NCBI GenBank assembly: GCA_963749495.1
Contig: CAVVMW010000013.1
Span: 1 to 64,000 of the forward strand
Length of the DNA stretch: 64,000 nucleotides
Source: an uncultured bacterium
GTDB lineage: Bacteria > Verrucomicrobiota > Verrucomicrobiia > Limisphaerales > UBA8199
Direction of reading: 5' to 3'
The notes below the pieces were generated by a model. It searched no databases, was not told the origin of the DNA, and saw only the letters and a list, made by a program, of their open reading frames with translations. Positions 49,454 to 60,225 of this stretch are shown one piece after another (within the stretch, counting starts at the first letter, position 1; every line of letters begins with the position of its first letter). Both the position numbers and the translations under genes were made by a program.

Positions 49454-51091
49454 TTACATGTCGGACTCGGGTTTCCCCTCCGTATAGAGCTTGTGGACTT
49501 CAGCGTCACTCAGAGCACGACTGAACAGCTCAAACTCATCCAGGGACCCGCTCAGATTTCGGATAAGGGAAGGGGCGGGGTTCGGCCCGCTGCGTGCGTT
49601 CCAGTTGCCCAGCTCGGCTGAACCGAGGCGAAAAGGCGGACCCAGTTTCAGCGTATGGTGAGAGACTGGGAAACCGTTGACGTACTGGACCGCCTGCCTG
49701 GCCTTGCCATCGAGGACCACGGCTAGATGTAGCCACATTCCGAGTTTGTCAACCGTGAGCACGGGAGAGCTCGCTAGAATCTGGAATTTCCCAGAGGCCG
49801 GGCCGATCACCGTTAGGCCCAGAACGCCATCGTTGCGTATCAGCCAGTGAATCGTGCCGGGCTCGAATCCATCGCACATGAAGAGCGAGTTGAATTGCCG
49901 ATCCAGTCCCTTTACGCACACCCAAGCCGAAAGGGTCAAGGCCTGGAAGTCTCCGGGCACGGCCAAGCGCACGCGGTCGTTGACACTTTGGAATTCCAGA
50001 GCCTGCTTCTCCCGCCACCGGCCTTCCGCGCGTTGGCAGCCGACCATGGTCGCATCTGGCACGGGCCTGTTCTTTCCGGCAGCGTTACGCAGCGTCCAAT
50101 CCGAGTCGCTGAGGCTCTCGAAATCCAAATGCACAACCAATGAGGGGTCCTGATTGAGCCGCGCACTTGTGACCCGCCACTGGTCATAGCGGACAGCCTC
50201 TGCGGCCAGAGACCGCGTCTGAAGCTCGAACATCGAGGCGAATGCCTCTGTGCTCGCAGCCATGAGCCGCGGTGGCGCGCTCCCCTGGACCACGGCCGCC
50301 CGCCCCTCGCCCAGTGACTGCTTTGCCAGGGTCCCGGTAAAAAACTCCACCGCACCTTTGAAAACGTGAACTTCAGTCTGGCCACGGGTGGCATCAATGC
50401 CGAAGGCAGTCCCGCGATCCACAACGTTGATTTGGGCGGTTTTCACGTGGAATCCACGCGCTGGCTGGGGCACCTCAGCCAACAACCGTCCCGCCGGACA
50501 AACCGCCTCCGTCGGTGAAATGAGCTGTAGTTCCGTCGGTCCCTCGATTACCACCCGCGCACCGCTATAAAAGACCACTTGCGCCAGGCCGGACTCGAGT
50601 CGAAGCCAGCCCGGTTCCAAGGCACCGCCCACCCGCAACGGTCGCGTGTTCCGGCTCCAGCGGGCGTCCAAGGCACGGGTTAACATGGCAACGGCGGTGC
50701 TGGTGGCTCCATTCCTCGTCGCGAGCCGTCTGAACCACAAGCCCCAAACGCCCGTCGCGAGCACGGCGAAGCAGGCCGCCAGCGCCAGCGCTCGCCCCAG
50801 CCTCCTTTTGGGCCTCGGCGCCTCCGGTTTCGAAGGAGAAATCCTGCACCGGTCACCCAGGCTGAGGTTGGACATGGCAGCACCGGCAGGCGCCTCCGCC
50901 GACTCGGAAAAAAGGTCCGGCTCGGACGCCAGCCGAGCATGCAACTCGACCCGCATCAAATACTCGTCCCGGGCGCCAGAATCGCTCCGCAACAACTCAT
51001 TCAGGGCGCGCATCTCCGCGTCCGCGGCTGAGCCGTGGCACACGGCAGCCACCGCGTCGTCAAACTCGGGAGAGGGGAATGACAGTGTCAT
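49454..51091 (-). CDS. FecR-like anti-sigma factor with LamG domain
   Basis: Single TM, LESGLAQVVFYSGARVVIEGP, DRGTAFG, EVHVFKG, C-terminal LamG; ATGA overlap with the sigma gene. Confidence 0.85.
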   Translation of the reverse strand: MTLSFPSPEFDDAVAAVCHGSAADAEMRALNELLRSDSGARDEYLMRVELHARLASEPDLFSESAEAPAGAAMSNLSLGDRCRISPSKPEAPRPKRRLGRALALAACFAVLATGVWGLWFRRLATRNGATSTAVAMLTRALDARWSRNTRPLRVGGALEPGWLRLESGLAQVVFYSGARVVIEGPTELQLISPTEAVCPAGRLLAEVPQPARGFHVKTAQINVVDRGTAFGIDATRGQTEVHVFKGAVEFFTGTLAKQSLGEGRAAVVQGSAPPRLMAASTEAFASMFELQTRSLAAEAVRYDQWRVTSARLNQDPSLVVHLDFESLSDSDWTLRNAAGKNRPVPDATMVGCQRAEGRWREKQALEFQSVNDRVRLAVPGDFQALTLSAWVCVKGLDRQFNSLFMCDGFEPGTIHWLIRNDGVLGLTVIGPASGKFQILASSPVLTVDKLGMWLHLAVVLDGKARQAVQYVNGFPVSHHTLKLGPPFRLGSAELGNWNARSGPNPAPSLIRNLSGSLDEFELFSRALSDAEVHKLYTEGKPESDM

Positions 51092-51639
51092 GCCGCCTCC
51101 GGTTTCGTCTGGCTCTGCACGCAAAGTTGGAGCGAGTGCCGGATGCGTTGCAGCATCTTGTAAGTTGCGGCCGTGGTTCTGCCGGAGCGCTCCGCCAGCT
51201 TTTCGATGCCGGCGCGCTCATAGTAATACCCTTCGACAAGAGAGCGCTGCCCTTGCGGCAGCTTGCCGAGGCAACCCTCGAGGTGCTTCAGCCGCAGTTC
51301 AAACTCGGTCTGCAACTCCTGCCGCCGCTGCGCCAGCTCCTCTGCCAGTCCGTGCTCGAGCAGGGCCTGCCAGCGCTGACGCCGCTCGATCCACTGACGG
51401 GCCTTGTTCAAAGCGAACCGGCATGCCCAGGGTGTGAAGGGCTGGGCAGGATCATAGGCGTAGAACTTCTCCCAAAGCGCCATTGCGGTCTGTTGAACAA
51501 TGTCTTCGGCGTCCGTGACGTTCGGGACCAAGGCGGCCACGTAACGAAAGATCTCGCGTTCGCTGCGCAGGAATAGCGAAAGAAACCGCTGCTGTGCAGC
51601 ACCTGAATCATCGAACCGACGCGTTGAATCTGCCGACAT
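51088..51639 (-). CDS. ECF RNA polymerase sigma factor
   Basis: DAEDIVQQTAMALW..F.PWAC; region 4 CLGKLP..YKMLQRIR. Confidence 0.92.
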   Translation of the reverse strand: MSADSTRRFDDSGAAQQRFLSLFLRSEREIFRYVAALVPNVTDAEDIVQQTAMALWEKFYAYDPAQPFTPWACRFALNKARQWIERRQRWQALLEHGLAEELAQRRQELQTEFELRLKHLEGCLGKLPQGQRSLVEGYYYERAGIEKLAERSGRTTAATYKMLQRIRHSLQLCVQSQTKPEAA

Positions 51640-51653
51640 TCGTCAATCTTTAC

Positions 51654-51689
51654 CAGTACTTCCGGCAAACCACGAGTTTTGGACATCCA
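51654..51689 (-). promoter_or_regulatory. Candidate ECF promoter, copy A (upstream of the sigma gene)
   Basis: GGATGTCCAAAACTCGTGGTTTGCCGGAAGTACTG; three related copies at 57889-58389. Confidence 0.6.
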
Positions 51690-51690
51690 A

Positions 51691-52475
51691 TTGGGTTCGA
51701 TCGTCAATTATCTCACGCGCAGCGCGCTGGCGGTGGCCGCGCCGACATTGATGAACGAGCTGGGCATCACGGCGCGGGAATATTCCTGGATCGTCGGGAC
51801 CTTCCAGGGCGCGATCATGTGTCAACCGGTGTGTGGCTACGTGCTCGACGTGCTCGGGCTGAAGCTCGGTTTCGCGATCTTCGCCGTTGCGTGGTCGCTC
51901 GTGAGCATGGCCCATGGCCTGGCCCACAACTGGCGGGCCTTCGCGGGCCTTCGCGGTCTGCTCGGATTCGCCGAAGGCTGCGCGAATCCTGCCGGAATGA
52001 AAGCGACGGCGGAATGGTTTCCCGCCAAAGAGCGCGGACTCGCCGGTCGGATGTTCAACATCGGCGCGGAATGCGCCTCATCACGGCGCGTCGCTGCGCG
52101 TTCACTCTGGGCGCCTGCCTGATGACGGGAATGGCGTTCGTCGGTTTTGTGCAGAATCCCTATACGGCCGTGGCGTTGCTCAGTCTCGGCGGTTTTGCGC
52201 ACCAAACGCTTTCCGTCACGGTCATCACGATGTCGTCGGATTTGTTCAAGCGAAGTGAAGTCGCGACGGTCACCGGCATGGCAGGCACCTGCGGCAACGC
52301 GGGGCTGCTGGTTGCCAATCTCATGATCGGCGGGCTCGTCACGACAATTGGCTACACGCCATTCTTCATCGTGTTCGCCGCGCTCGACCTCGTTGGCGCG
52401 GCGCTGCTGTGGGCACTCGTGCGGGAGCGCAACTTTGATCCCGCGCGCTCCGAAGCTGAGGTGAGACACAAATGA
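51691..52475 (+). pseudogene. ExuT-like MFS transporter, 5' end lost and middle deleted
   Basis: VNYLTRSALAVA..EWFPAKERGLA..FNIGA joined out of frame (~52068) to GGFAHQ..SDLF..VATVTGMAG. Confidence 0.82.
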
Positions 52476-53168
52476 AGACAAAGTCCAGATCCGGTGAGGC
52501 GGGCAGTCCTCTCCCCACCGCGCGTGCTCAGACCAAGAGTGGCGCGCACGGAGTGACGCGCCCCGCCACCACGCAACAAATACAAAATCCCATCTTGCGC
52601 GGCTTCAATCTCGACCCCTCGATAGTGCGCGTCGGCGACGATTATTACATCGCAACCTCAACGTTCGAGTGGTTTCCCGGCGTGCAGATCCATCACTCGC
52701 TCGATCTGGTCCACTGGCGACTGCTCACACGCCCGCTCAACCGCGCCAGCCAGCTCAACCTGCTCGGCGATCCCGATTCGTGCGGCGTCTGGGCGCCTTG
52801 CCTGACGTACGCGGACGGGTTGTTCTGGCTGGTTTACACCGACGTGAAGCGCTACGGGCGCACCACCGTCGGCGGCGCCAGCGGCGCTTCGTTGCGCGAC
52901 TTTCACAATTACCTTGTCAATTGATTACGAGCGACTCCACTTCGCCTATCGTGTCGAAGGCGCGGACCACGACTGGCGCTGGCTACCGCAACAATTCGAC
53001 GCGAGCATTCTCTCCGACGAAGCCACCGCTCCCGGCCAGCCGAATTTCACCGGCGCATTCGTCGGCATGGCCTGTCAGGATTTGGCCGGAACTTTGCGTC
53101 CCGCGGACTTTGACTTTTTTGAGTACCGGGAGAGAAGCTATCGCGCGAATCCGTTTTCGGCTTCATGA
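52472..53168 (+). pseudogene. xynB: GH43 XynB-type beta-xylosidase with large internal deletion
   Basis: [35 protein letters not shown]; jumps at ~52917 to C-terminal FTGAFVGMACQD..ADFDFFEY. Confidence 0.85.
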
Positions 53169-53866
53169 TTCGCGATGCCACCCACGCTCAGGGTGAAGCC
53201 CTTCAGCGGTTTATCCTCTCCGTCGAGAAACCGCGCGCAAAAATCGGTGGCTCCGCCGCCGTTGATGACGGCACAGCGCACGACGTTCAGCCCCTTTTTG
53301 AGGGTGAGGCGCTTTGAGACGCCGTCATCGATGACCGTCTGGCGGTCGCCGTAAATGCCGATGACTTCCTGGCCGTTCACCCACCAGACCGAGGCCGCGT
53401 TGGAACCGATGGCGAGGCGCACGCCGGGCATCTCTTGCGGGCAGTTGACGATGGTGACGGCCCAAAACAGCACGTCGGATGTCGGCCTGCCGAGAGCGTA
53501 GGCGAAGTGATAGAGGTTGACGTTGTATCCCTTCGTGTCCACGGCATGCCAGGTGAGTTCCGCGCCGCCGACAGTCACCTTGTCCCCGTCGTGCGGAATG
53601 ACTGTGAGTTGGTTGGTAAAGTACTCCTTCTTAACCGTCGCCTGAATGGCGCTGTCGGTCAGTTGGCCGCTGACGCGGATCGGCTCGAGGATGAGCCAGC
53701 GCTGCATGAAGCCGTCGGCATCGGGGGCCTTTTCGGCCGAGGCAGGACGCGTGAGGGAGGGCGCGGGGCCGCGGGCAGCGTCGCCAGGTGCGGCGGCAGT
53801 CGCAAAAAGCGCCGAGCTGGCAAGGAGAGCCAGTGCCGACAGGAGGATGTTGCGGGTTGTAATCAT
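53138..53866 (-). CDS. Secreted hypothetical beta-sandwich protein
   Basis: Signal peptide; GFMQRWLILEP, LAIGSN..WWVNG, LKKGLN. Confidence 0.7.
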   Translation of the reverse strand: MITTRNILLSALALLASSALFATAAAPGDAARGPAPSLTRPASAEKAPDADGFMQRWLILEPIRVSGQLTDSAIQATVKKEYFTNQLTVIPHDGDKVTVGGAELTWHAVDTKGYNVNLYHFAYALGRPTSDVLFWAVTIVNCPQEMPGVRLAIGSNAASVWWVNGQEVIGIYGDRQTVIDDGVSKRLTLKKGLNVVRCAVINGGGATDFCARFLDGEDKPLKGFTLSVGGIANHEAENGFAR

Positions 53867-53923
53867 GGGAGGCCCTTTGCTGAATTTTCGATTTCTCAAG
53901 GTTAATTTCCGATCTTCGATTTA

Positions 53924-55030
53924 TCAGGGCGTTTTGAAGAGCCAGCGTTGTTTGTCGCTGTCAGGATTGAACTTGGCGAGCGTAGCGGAACTGCTGCCGA
54001 TGGCCGAAAGAGCCAGCGGCTCCTTCGTCTTCGGGCCGGGCCTGGGCATGATGCGCCAGGTGCCGTCAGTGAGTTGGTCGAGGCGCCAGAGTTGTTCGGG
54101 CTCGCCGGTGAAACTGGGCAGGGCGACGAGTTCGCCGTCTTCGGTGGCGGCCAAGGCGCGGTCTGTGCCGGCGATGGTGATTTTGAAGTACGGCGAGCCG
54201 GGGTAGCCGCCGGCGTTGGCGACGGGCGTAACCGTCCACTTCTGCTGGGCCTGCACCATGTAGTTGGCCATGCGCACGTCAATGCTGCCGGCAGGCCAGT
54301 TCGTCGAGACCTGCGCAACGTCCTGCGGCGGAATCGGGGCGCCGCCGCCTCGGGCGCCAAACCCACCGAAATTGCCGCCTCCACCCGGACCCCCGCCTCC
54401 ACCCACTGCGCCGGGTCCGCCCCGTCCGCCGCCCGGCCCACCGCGGGCGCCCCTGGCGCGTCCACCGCCGACCGGCACGCCCTCGACGGCAAGCTCAAGC
54501 GCGGTGCCGGTGCGGATGGATTCGATTTCATACGTGCCTTCTCTGAAGTTGTCGCCGGCGACGGGCCAGCCGTCTTTCCATAGCAGCGGGCGGATGTCGA
54601 GCACGCTGGCGCCGCCCCTGTCGAGGTCGGCCTCATAGTGGCAGGAGAACTTCTGCACGCCGTCGCCGAGATCGAGGAGGCCGAAATGGCCGGGGCCAAC
54701 GACACGGCCACCGGAGCCGACGAATAGCTTGCCGCCGCCCATGAGCATCTCTGTGCCCTGGCTGTCGAGGAAAGGACCGATCACCGTCCTGGCGCGGCCG
54801 ACGCGGATGTTGTAGCCCGAGTTTGCGCCGGCGCAGCAGGAACCGTGCGTGGCAAGCAGGTAATACCAGCCGTCGTCGGAGATCAAGACTGCGCCCCCGG
54901 TGCCGAAGGTGTAGTACTTGCCATCGCATTGGGTGACGGTTGAGGGATCGTGGATTTGAACCTGGCCGTCGAGCGCAAACGCGCGCGAGACCAGGGGGAG
55001 AATGGCGGCTGCCAAAAGAACGGATTTCAT
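53924..55030 (-). pseudogene. GH43 (arabinanase-like) + ricin-type domain, in-frame internal deletion
   Basis: IHDPST..YYTFGTG..ISDDGW runs straight into YYLLATHGSCC; QxW repeats at the C-terminus. Confidence 0.75.
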
Positions 55031-55053
55031 AGGACTGCAATCGTGGTTCACAA

Positions 55054-55477
55054 TCATTCTTTCAACCTCTTAACCCGAATCGCCATGTAGGGCTTGCCGG
55101 GCAAATCAATGCTGCGCCCGTCTTTGTCCCCGAGGAAATAGTCCGTCCTCCCCGCCAGCGTGAACGTCCCGGGCACGGCCGTCACGGAGATGTTCCATGT
55201 GTCGAGGACTTCGGCGGTGAATTTCATGCCCTCGACTGCCCGGCGTTTGCCTTGCGCCCCTTTCGGAATCCTGAATTCCCAACGCGTCGGCGTCTGTTTG
55301 CCGAGATAGACGAGGTAGTAATCGGGCACGCGACCGCCATATTCCGGGGACGCCCATTTTTCAATCGGCTCAATGCCTTCGGCGGGCGCGTCATCGAGCA
55401 CCTGCTTTAGAAACGCGAGGCGCGGCGGGCTTTGGCCTCTGAGCACGCCGCCCTTCGACCACCAAAGAATCTGATCG
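55054..55477 (-). pseudogene. 3' fragment of DUF4038/DUF5605-like protein
   Basis: ILWWSKGGVLRGQSPPRLAFL, YYLVY.G, EVLDTWN, LPGKPYMAIR. Confidence 0.65.
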
Positions 55478-57830
55478 TTACGCGGCCATTCGCAGCCGCC
55501 GAAATGACTCCAGCCGGAAGCGGATAGAGTTGCTCGAAAAACTCGCCGGGTTTCTCTCCTTTCAGGCGTTCGGTTGCCAGCAGGGTGTCGTTGGCGAAGA
55601 CGTTGAAGTTGCGATCGCGATCCCAGCCGGAGTAGGTGACGGCAAGCTCGGCGGCACTCGCGCCATGCAGGTCGAGGGTGTATTGAAACCGGCGGCCGTG
55701 GCGCCAACGGCGGCCCTGAAACTCGCCTGATTCGGTGTCCTCTCCCACAAAGCCGTGTTCCACTTCCGGTTGCCGTTCTCCAACGGCGACTGAATCGAGG
55801 GTGGCGGCCTCCCGGGCAAGCTTAAGGCGCTCCGTGGCGGCGCGGCGTTCTCGCTTGGCCAGCAGTCCCTCCTTGGTGGTGAGTTCCCAGTACATTTGGT
55901 AGCGGCTGTCGTGCAGCCGAAAGAACGGGACGAGCGGGAGTCCTTGTGGCAATGCCGGCTCCACGACACCAACCAGTCGGAAATGGAGCGGCTCCCGGTC
56001 AGGATCAGGTTGGACATACTTCGGCAACTCAGCAGCGGTCGCTAACAAAACGGGCACGCGGTCCAGGGCCACCATAGGCCCATGAGCCACATGGCCCATC
56101 CGGTCGCCGTCGGCGCGAAGCCCGACCAGGTCGTTCGTCCCGGCAGGAGAAGCCAGCGCGATAGGGCCGAGCAAAATGGCGACCCAATCTGAACCATCCG
56201 GCAGACGTTCAACGGTGGTGCGCATTGGGAGGTCAATTTCAACACGGTCGCCATCGCGCCATTCGCGGTGAAGCTCGGCGTAAGAGGAGGGAGTGGAGAC
56301 AACGGATACCGGCTCGCCGTTGACGCGCACCACAAAGTCACCGGCAGCGACCCAGGCGGGATGACGGAGGCGAAGGGTGAAAATGGATGGACGCTTGAGT
56401 TGCAGCTTCAAACGTGTGCGGGGTTCATCAGGGAAGGTGGTTTCCTGCCGCAGCTTCAGGCCGAGTTCCGGAACAGAAAGCTCGGAAGCGATGAAAAGAT
56501 TGACATAGAGGCCATCGCTGGTGTGGGCGTAGATGAACTCGCCGTACTTGCGGGGGTTTTCCATGCCGGTGCCGACGCAGCACCAGAAACAATGCTCCGG
56601 CTGAGAATAGACGCGGTAATGGGCAGGCCGGATGGGGGTGAAATAAACATAACCGGGCGTGGTCGGGTTGATCGAGGCGAGGATATGATTGTAGAGCGCC
56701 CGTTCATAGTAGTCGGCATAAGCCGCCTTGGGCTTGCTGAGGAAAAGCCGTTCCGTGAGGCGGAGCATATTGTAGGTGTTGCAGGTCTCCGGCCCCTCGC
56801 GGTGTTCCAGCATGACGTGGAAATTCGTGGGCGCGTTGAAATGCTCGGAAACACTGTTGCCGCCAAAAACAACCGTTCGCCGACTGGTAACGGTCTCCCA
56901 GAAAAAGCGCGCGCCGGAATCGGCTTTCTCGTCGCCGGCAAGCGCGGCGATGCGCTCGAGGCCAGTGACTTTTGGAATTTGCGTGTTGGCGTGCAGACCG
57001 GTGAGGTGATCCTCGTGGCCCAGGAGCGGACCAAGAAGGGCCTCATGGCAAAACCGGCGCGCAAGCTTCAGATACTTTTGATCGCCGGAGATCGCGTAGA
57101 GGTCAGCCAGGACTTCATTCATGCCGCCGTGCTCAATATCGAGCATCTTCTGCATCCGCTGGTCAGAGAGGCCGGCGACCACGCGGTCACACCAATCCCC
57201 CAAACGGAGCAAAACCTCGTGGGCCTGCTTATTGCCCGCGACCAGCCAGGCGTCACGCAGTCCGGCAAACGTCTTGTGAAGGTTATACCAGGGCACCCAT
57301 TTCCTCCTGAGGGCTTCGATCCGGCCGCCGGCCACCTCTTTCCACAACGCGCGGCTGCCAGGGACACCGCCAATATAACCGTCGCCGGACGCCTGCTGGC
57401 AACGCTCCAGTTCAGAAACCATGTAATCAAGCCGGCGACGCAACTCGCCCTCCGGCGTATCCGCTCCCGAGGCGCTCATGAAGGCCAGCGCGGAGAGATA
57501 ATGGCCGGCCGTGTGGCCGTCGAGGCCGCCGCTCTCCCAATTGCCGTAAGCGGGCTTGCGCGATTCCAGCCCGGCTTCCCGGAGGAACGGTGCAAGCAGG
57601 CGGTCCGGATCGAGCGCGAGCATATAAGTGCGGTTGGCCGCGACCCCCTGCGCGAACGGACCATCCAACAGGCGGACGGCGGTCAGAGGGAACAATTTCG
57701 TCTCCAACGCGGAATGATCCTGTAAGGCCGGCGTGTCGGCGGCAGGGGTTGCCAAGGCCGCCGCCGAGGCGAGTAGCGCCAATATTATCCCCTTCGAGAC
57801 CGCAGGGGCGGTAAAAATAGAGGTTGCCAT
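55407..57830 (-). CDS. GH127/GH146-like beta-L-arabinofuranosidase, extreme C-terminus replaced
   Basis: GHYLSA, EHGGMNE, HANTQIP, ETCNTYNML, WCCVGTG; tail after RVTIRF is another frame of the next gene. Confidence 0.85.
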   Translation of the reverse strand: MATSIFTAPAVSKGIILALLASAAALATPAADTPALQDHSALETKLFPLTAVRLLDGPFAQGVAANRTYMLALDPDRLLAPFLREAGLESRKPAYGNWESGGLDGHTAGHYLSALAFMSASGADTPEGELRRRLDYMVSELERCQQASGDGYIGGVPGSRALWKEVAGGRIEALRRKWVPWYNLHKTFAGLRDAWLVAGNKQAHEVLLRLGDWCDRVVAGLSDQRMQKMLDIEHGGMNEVLADLYAISGDQKYLKLARRFCHEALLGPLLGHEDHLTGLHANTQIPKVTGLERIAALAGDEKADSGARFFWETVTSRRTVVFGGNSVSEHFNAPTNFHVMLEHREGPETCNTYNMLRLTERLFLSKPKAAYADYYERALYNHILASINPTTPGYVYFTPIRPAHYRVYSQPEHCFWCCVGTGMENPRKYGEFIYAHTSDGLYVNLFIASELSVPELGLKLRQETTFPDEPRTRLKLQLKRPSIFTLRLRHPAWVAAGDFVVRVNGEPVSVVSTPSSYAELHREWRDGDRVEIDLPMRTTVERLPDGSDWVAILLGPIALASPAGTNDLVGLRADGDRMGHVAHGPMVALDRVPVLLATAAELPKYVQPDPDREPLHFRLVGVVEPALPQGLPLVPFFRLHDSRYQMYWELTTKEGLLAKRERRAATERLKLAREAATLDSVAVGERQPEVEHGFVGEDTESGEFQGRRWRHGRRFQYTLDLHGASAAELAVTYSGWDRDRNFNVFANDTLLATERLKGEKPGEFFEQLYPLPAGVISAAANGRVTIRFFGGRRAACSEAKARRASRF

Positions 57831-57888
57831 AGGAGTGTCATTTCATCGGACTGGCGTGTTGAATCCGCCGACATGCGTCGATCTTTAT

Positions 57889-58389
57889 CAGTACTTCCTG
57901 CAAACCGCGAGTTTTGGACATCCCACCACCGCGCAGTTTTCATAACCCCCTCACCTCCACGACAAAAAGCCCGCCCCTCTGATCCATCGGGCCATCATTT
58001 ACCACCCATTCGGTGCGACAAGAGCGGGGACCGCTCGAACTCCGAAAGCCGACAAAAGGAGAGGCAGGGGTGCTATCCCCTGCCTCTCGCGGCCCAACCA
58101 CAACTCAGTTCCAAACAACCTCTTCACGGATACTTCGGGCAAACCACCAGTTTTGGACATTCAGCGGCGGGTTATTTTCGCAGTCCCCTCACACCCCCGC
58201 GGCAAAAAGCACGCCCACCGCATGGAATGAGGGGCGTAACAAGCCGTCCTTCCGCCTCCGGGATGGGACAGTTGACGTAACCTTCGATCACAGCCTGCCG
58301 GACCATCGTAACCGCCTGGCGGTGCAAAGAAGAAACAGCAAATGGATACGGATTGGATGTGCAAAACTCGGGGCTCGCCGGAAGTACAG
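57889..58389. promoter_or_regulatory. Divergent intergenic region with three copies of the candidate ECF promoter
   Basis: 57889-57923 (-), 58129-58162 (-), 58355-58389 (+); consensus ATGT(C/G)CAAAACT-N-GAAGTA. Confidence 0.6.
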
Positions 58390-58395
58390 GTAGCT

Positions 58396-59823
58396 ATGAA
58401 TGAATCTTCTCGCAGTTTAGGTATGAACCGGCGTCATTTCCTTGCCGCAGCGGGGCTGGCGCTTGCCGCACCCACCATTATTCCTGCCAGCGCGCTCGGG
58501 CGGGAGGGAAAAGCGGCCCCCTCCGAGCGCGTCACCATGGGCGTAGTTGGCTGGGGTGTGCAGGGGCCGGGCAGCACGGGAGAGTTCCTCCGGCTCAAGG
58601 ACTGCCAGGTCGTTGCCGCTTGCGACCTCGACAAGAACCATCTCCAGGCCGCCGTCAACACGATCAATAAGCATTATGAAAACCAGGACTGCAAGGCCTA
58701 TCACGATTTCCGCGAGATGATGGCCCGCAAGGACATCAATGCCGTGATGCTGGCTGTGCCTGACACCTGGCACGCCTTGATCGCGGTCGAGGCCGCCAAC
58801 AACAAGAAAGACATCTACGGCGAAAAGCCGCTCGCGCGGACTATTGCCGAACAGCAGGCCATCGTCAGAGCCGTCCAGCAAAACGCCTGCATCTGGCAAA
58901 CCGGTTCATGGCAGCGTTCGCAGGGTCCCTTCCGGCGCGCCGCCGAAATCGTTCGCAACAACCTGATCGGCAAGGTTACACGCGTCGAAGTTGGCCTGCC
59001 CGCCGGCCATACCGACTTTGCCGGCACCGGCAGGCCGCTGGCGGCGAAACTCAAGCCCGCCGCGCGACCCGACTTCCTGGCCAAAGTCGTTCCCGGCACG
59101 CCCGGGTGGGATGCGGCTGTGACACAGCCTCCTGCCGAGTTGGACTACGACATGTGGCTTGGCCCTTCGCGGCATGAGCCTTACATCGGCGCCCGGGTCC
59201 ACATGAACTGGCGCTGGAATTACAATGTCGGCGCCGGTCAGTTGCTCGACTGGATCGGCCACCATTGCGACATCGCCCACTGGGGCCTGGACATGGACCA
59301 GACCGGCGGCCCTCTGGAAATCGAGAGCAGCGTTGGCGAATTCCCGCCGGCCAACGCCATCTGGAACACTTGCACCAGGTACCGCATCACCCTCAAGTAC
59401 CCGGAGGATATTACGATGATCATCGCCGGCGGTCATGGCGATATCCGAAGCGGCACCAAATGGATCGGAACCGAGGGCTGGGTCTGGGTTGACCGAGGCC
59501 GCTTTGACGCCTCAAACCTGGATTGGCGAGCCAAACTCCCTGACGACTGCAACGTGCGGCTCTACAAATCCGATAACCACCAGGCCAACTTCATCGCCTG
59601 CGTCAAGTCCCGCAAACCGACCATCACCCCTGCCGAAACCGGCCACCACTCCGCCATCCCCGGCCACCTCGGCCTCATCTCGTTGCTCACCGGCCACGAT
59701 GAAAATGGCCAACGCATCGGCCACAGACTCAAATGGGACCCGGAGAAGGAAGTCATCCTCGACGACCCCGAGGCCAGCAAGCTCCTGAGCCGCCCCTATC
59801 GCCCGCCCTGGCAACTGGCGTGA
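58396..59823 (+). CDS. Gfo/Idh/MocA oxidoreductase with Tat signal
   Basis: NRRHFL, VPDTWH, YGEKPL, DWIGHHCD. Confidence 0.92.
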   Translation: MNESSRSLGMNRRHFLAAAGLALAAPTIIPASALGREGKAAPSERVTMGVVGWGVQGPGSTGEFLRLKDCQVVAACDLDKNHLQAAVNTINKHYENQDCKAYHDFREMMARKDINAVMLAVPDTWHALIAVEAANNKKDIYGEKPLARTIAEQQAIVRAVQQNACIWQTGSWQRSQGPFRRAAEIVRNNLIGKVTRVEVGLPAGHTDFAGTGRPLAAKLKPAARPDFLAKVVPGTPGWDAAVTQPPAELDYDMWLGPSRHEPYIGARVHMNWRWNYNVGAGQLLDWIGHHCDIAHWGLDMDQTGGPLEIESSVGEFPPANAIWNTCTRYRITLKYPEDITMIIAGGHGDIRSGTKWIGTEGWVWVDRGRFDASNLDWRAKLPDDCNVRLYKSDNHQANFIACVKSRKPTITPAETGHHSAIPGHLGLISLLTGHDENGQRIGHRLKWDPEKEVILDDPEASKLLSRPYRPPWQLA

Positions 59824-59844
59824 TTCGAGGCCCGTCTAAAGCCC

Positions 59845-60225
59845 ATGGCAGAGGCCCCCACCAGGCAGCCACGCATGAGCGTGGACGGCAAGTTCTTTCG
59901 GTTTGGCGAAAAGCGATTCTACGTCAAAGGCGTCGCGTATGGTCCGTTCGCCTCCCACGCGAGCCCCGGCGGGCCTGGATTCGCGTCGCCGGAGCAGACC
60001 GCCCGCGACTTTGCCCAGATCCGGGAATTGGGGGCTAACCTCGTCCGCGTCTATCAGGTGCCCGCCCGGTGGTTTTTGGACCTGGCCGAGGAACATCAGA
60101 TCAAGGTCTTGATCGATATCCCGTGGAACCAGCACCTCTGCTTTCTGGATTCGCCCGGGCAGCAGGCGGCGGACACTGCGGGTGCGCAGGCCTGGCTGGA
60201 GCAAAACCCCCGGGCTGGCCAATGA
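59845..60225 (+). pseudogene. 5' fragment of a GH2/GH5-like TIM-barrel protein fused to an unrelated C-terminus
   Basis: VDGKFF..FYVKGVAYGPF..LGANLVRVY, with abrupt end near 60165. Confidence 0.65.
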
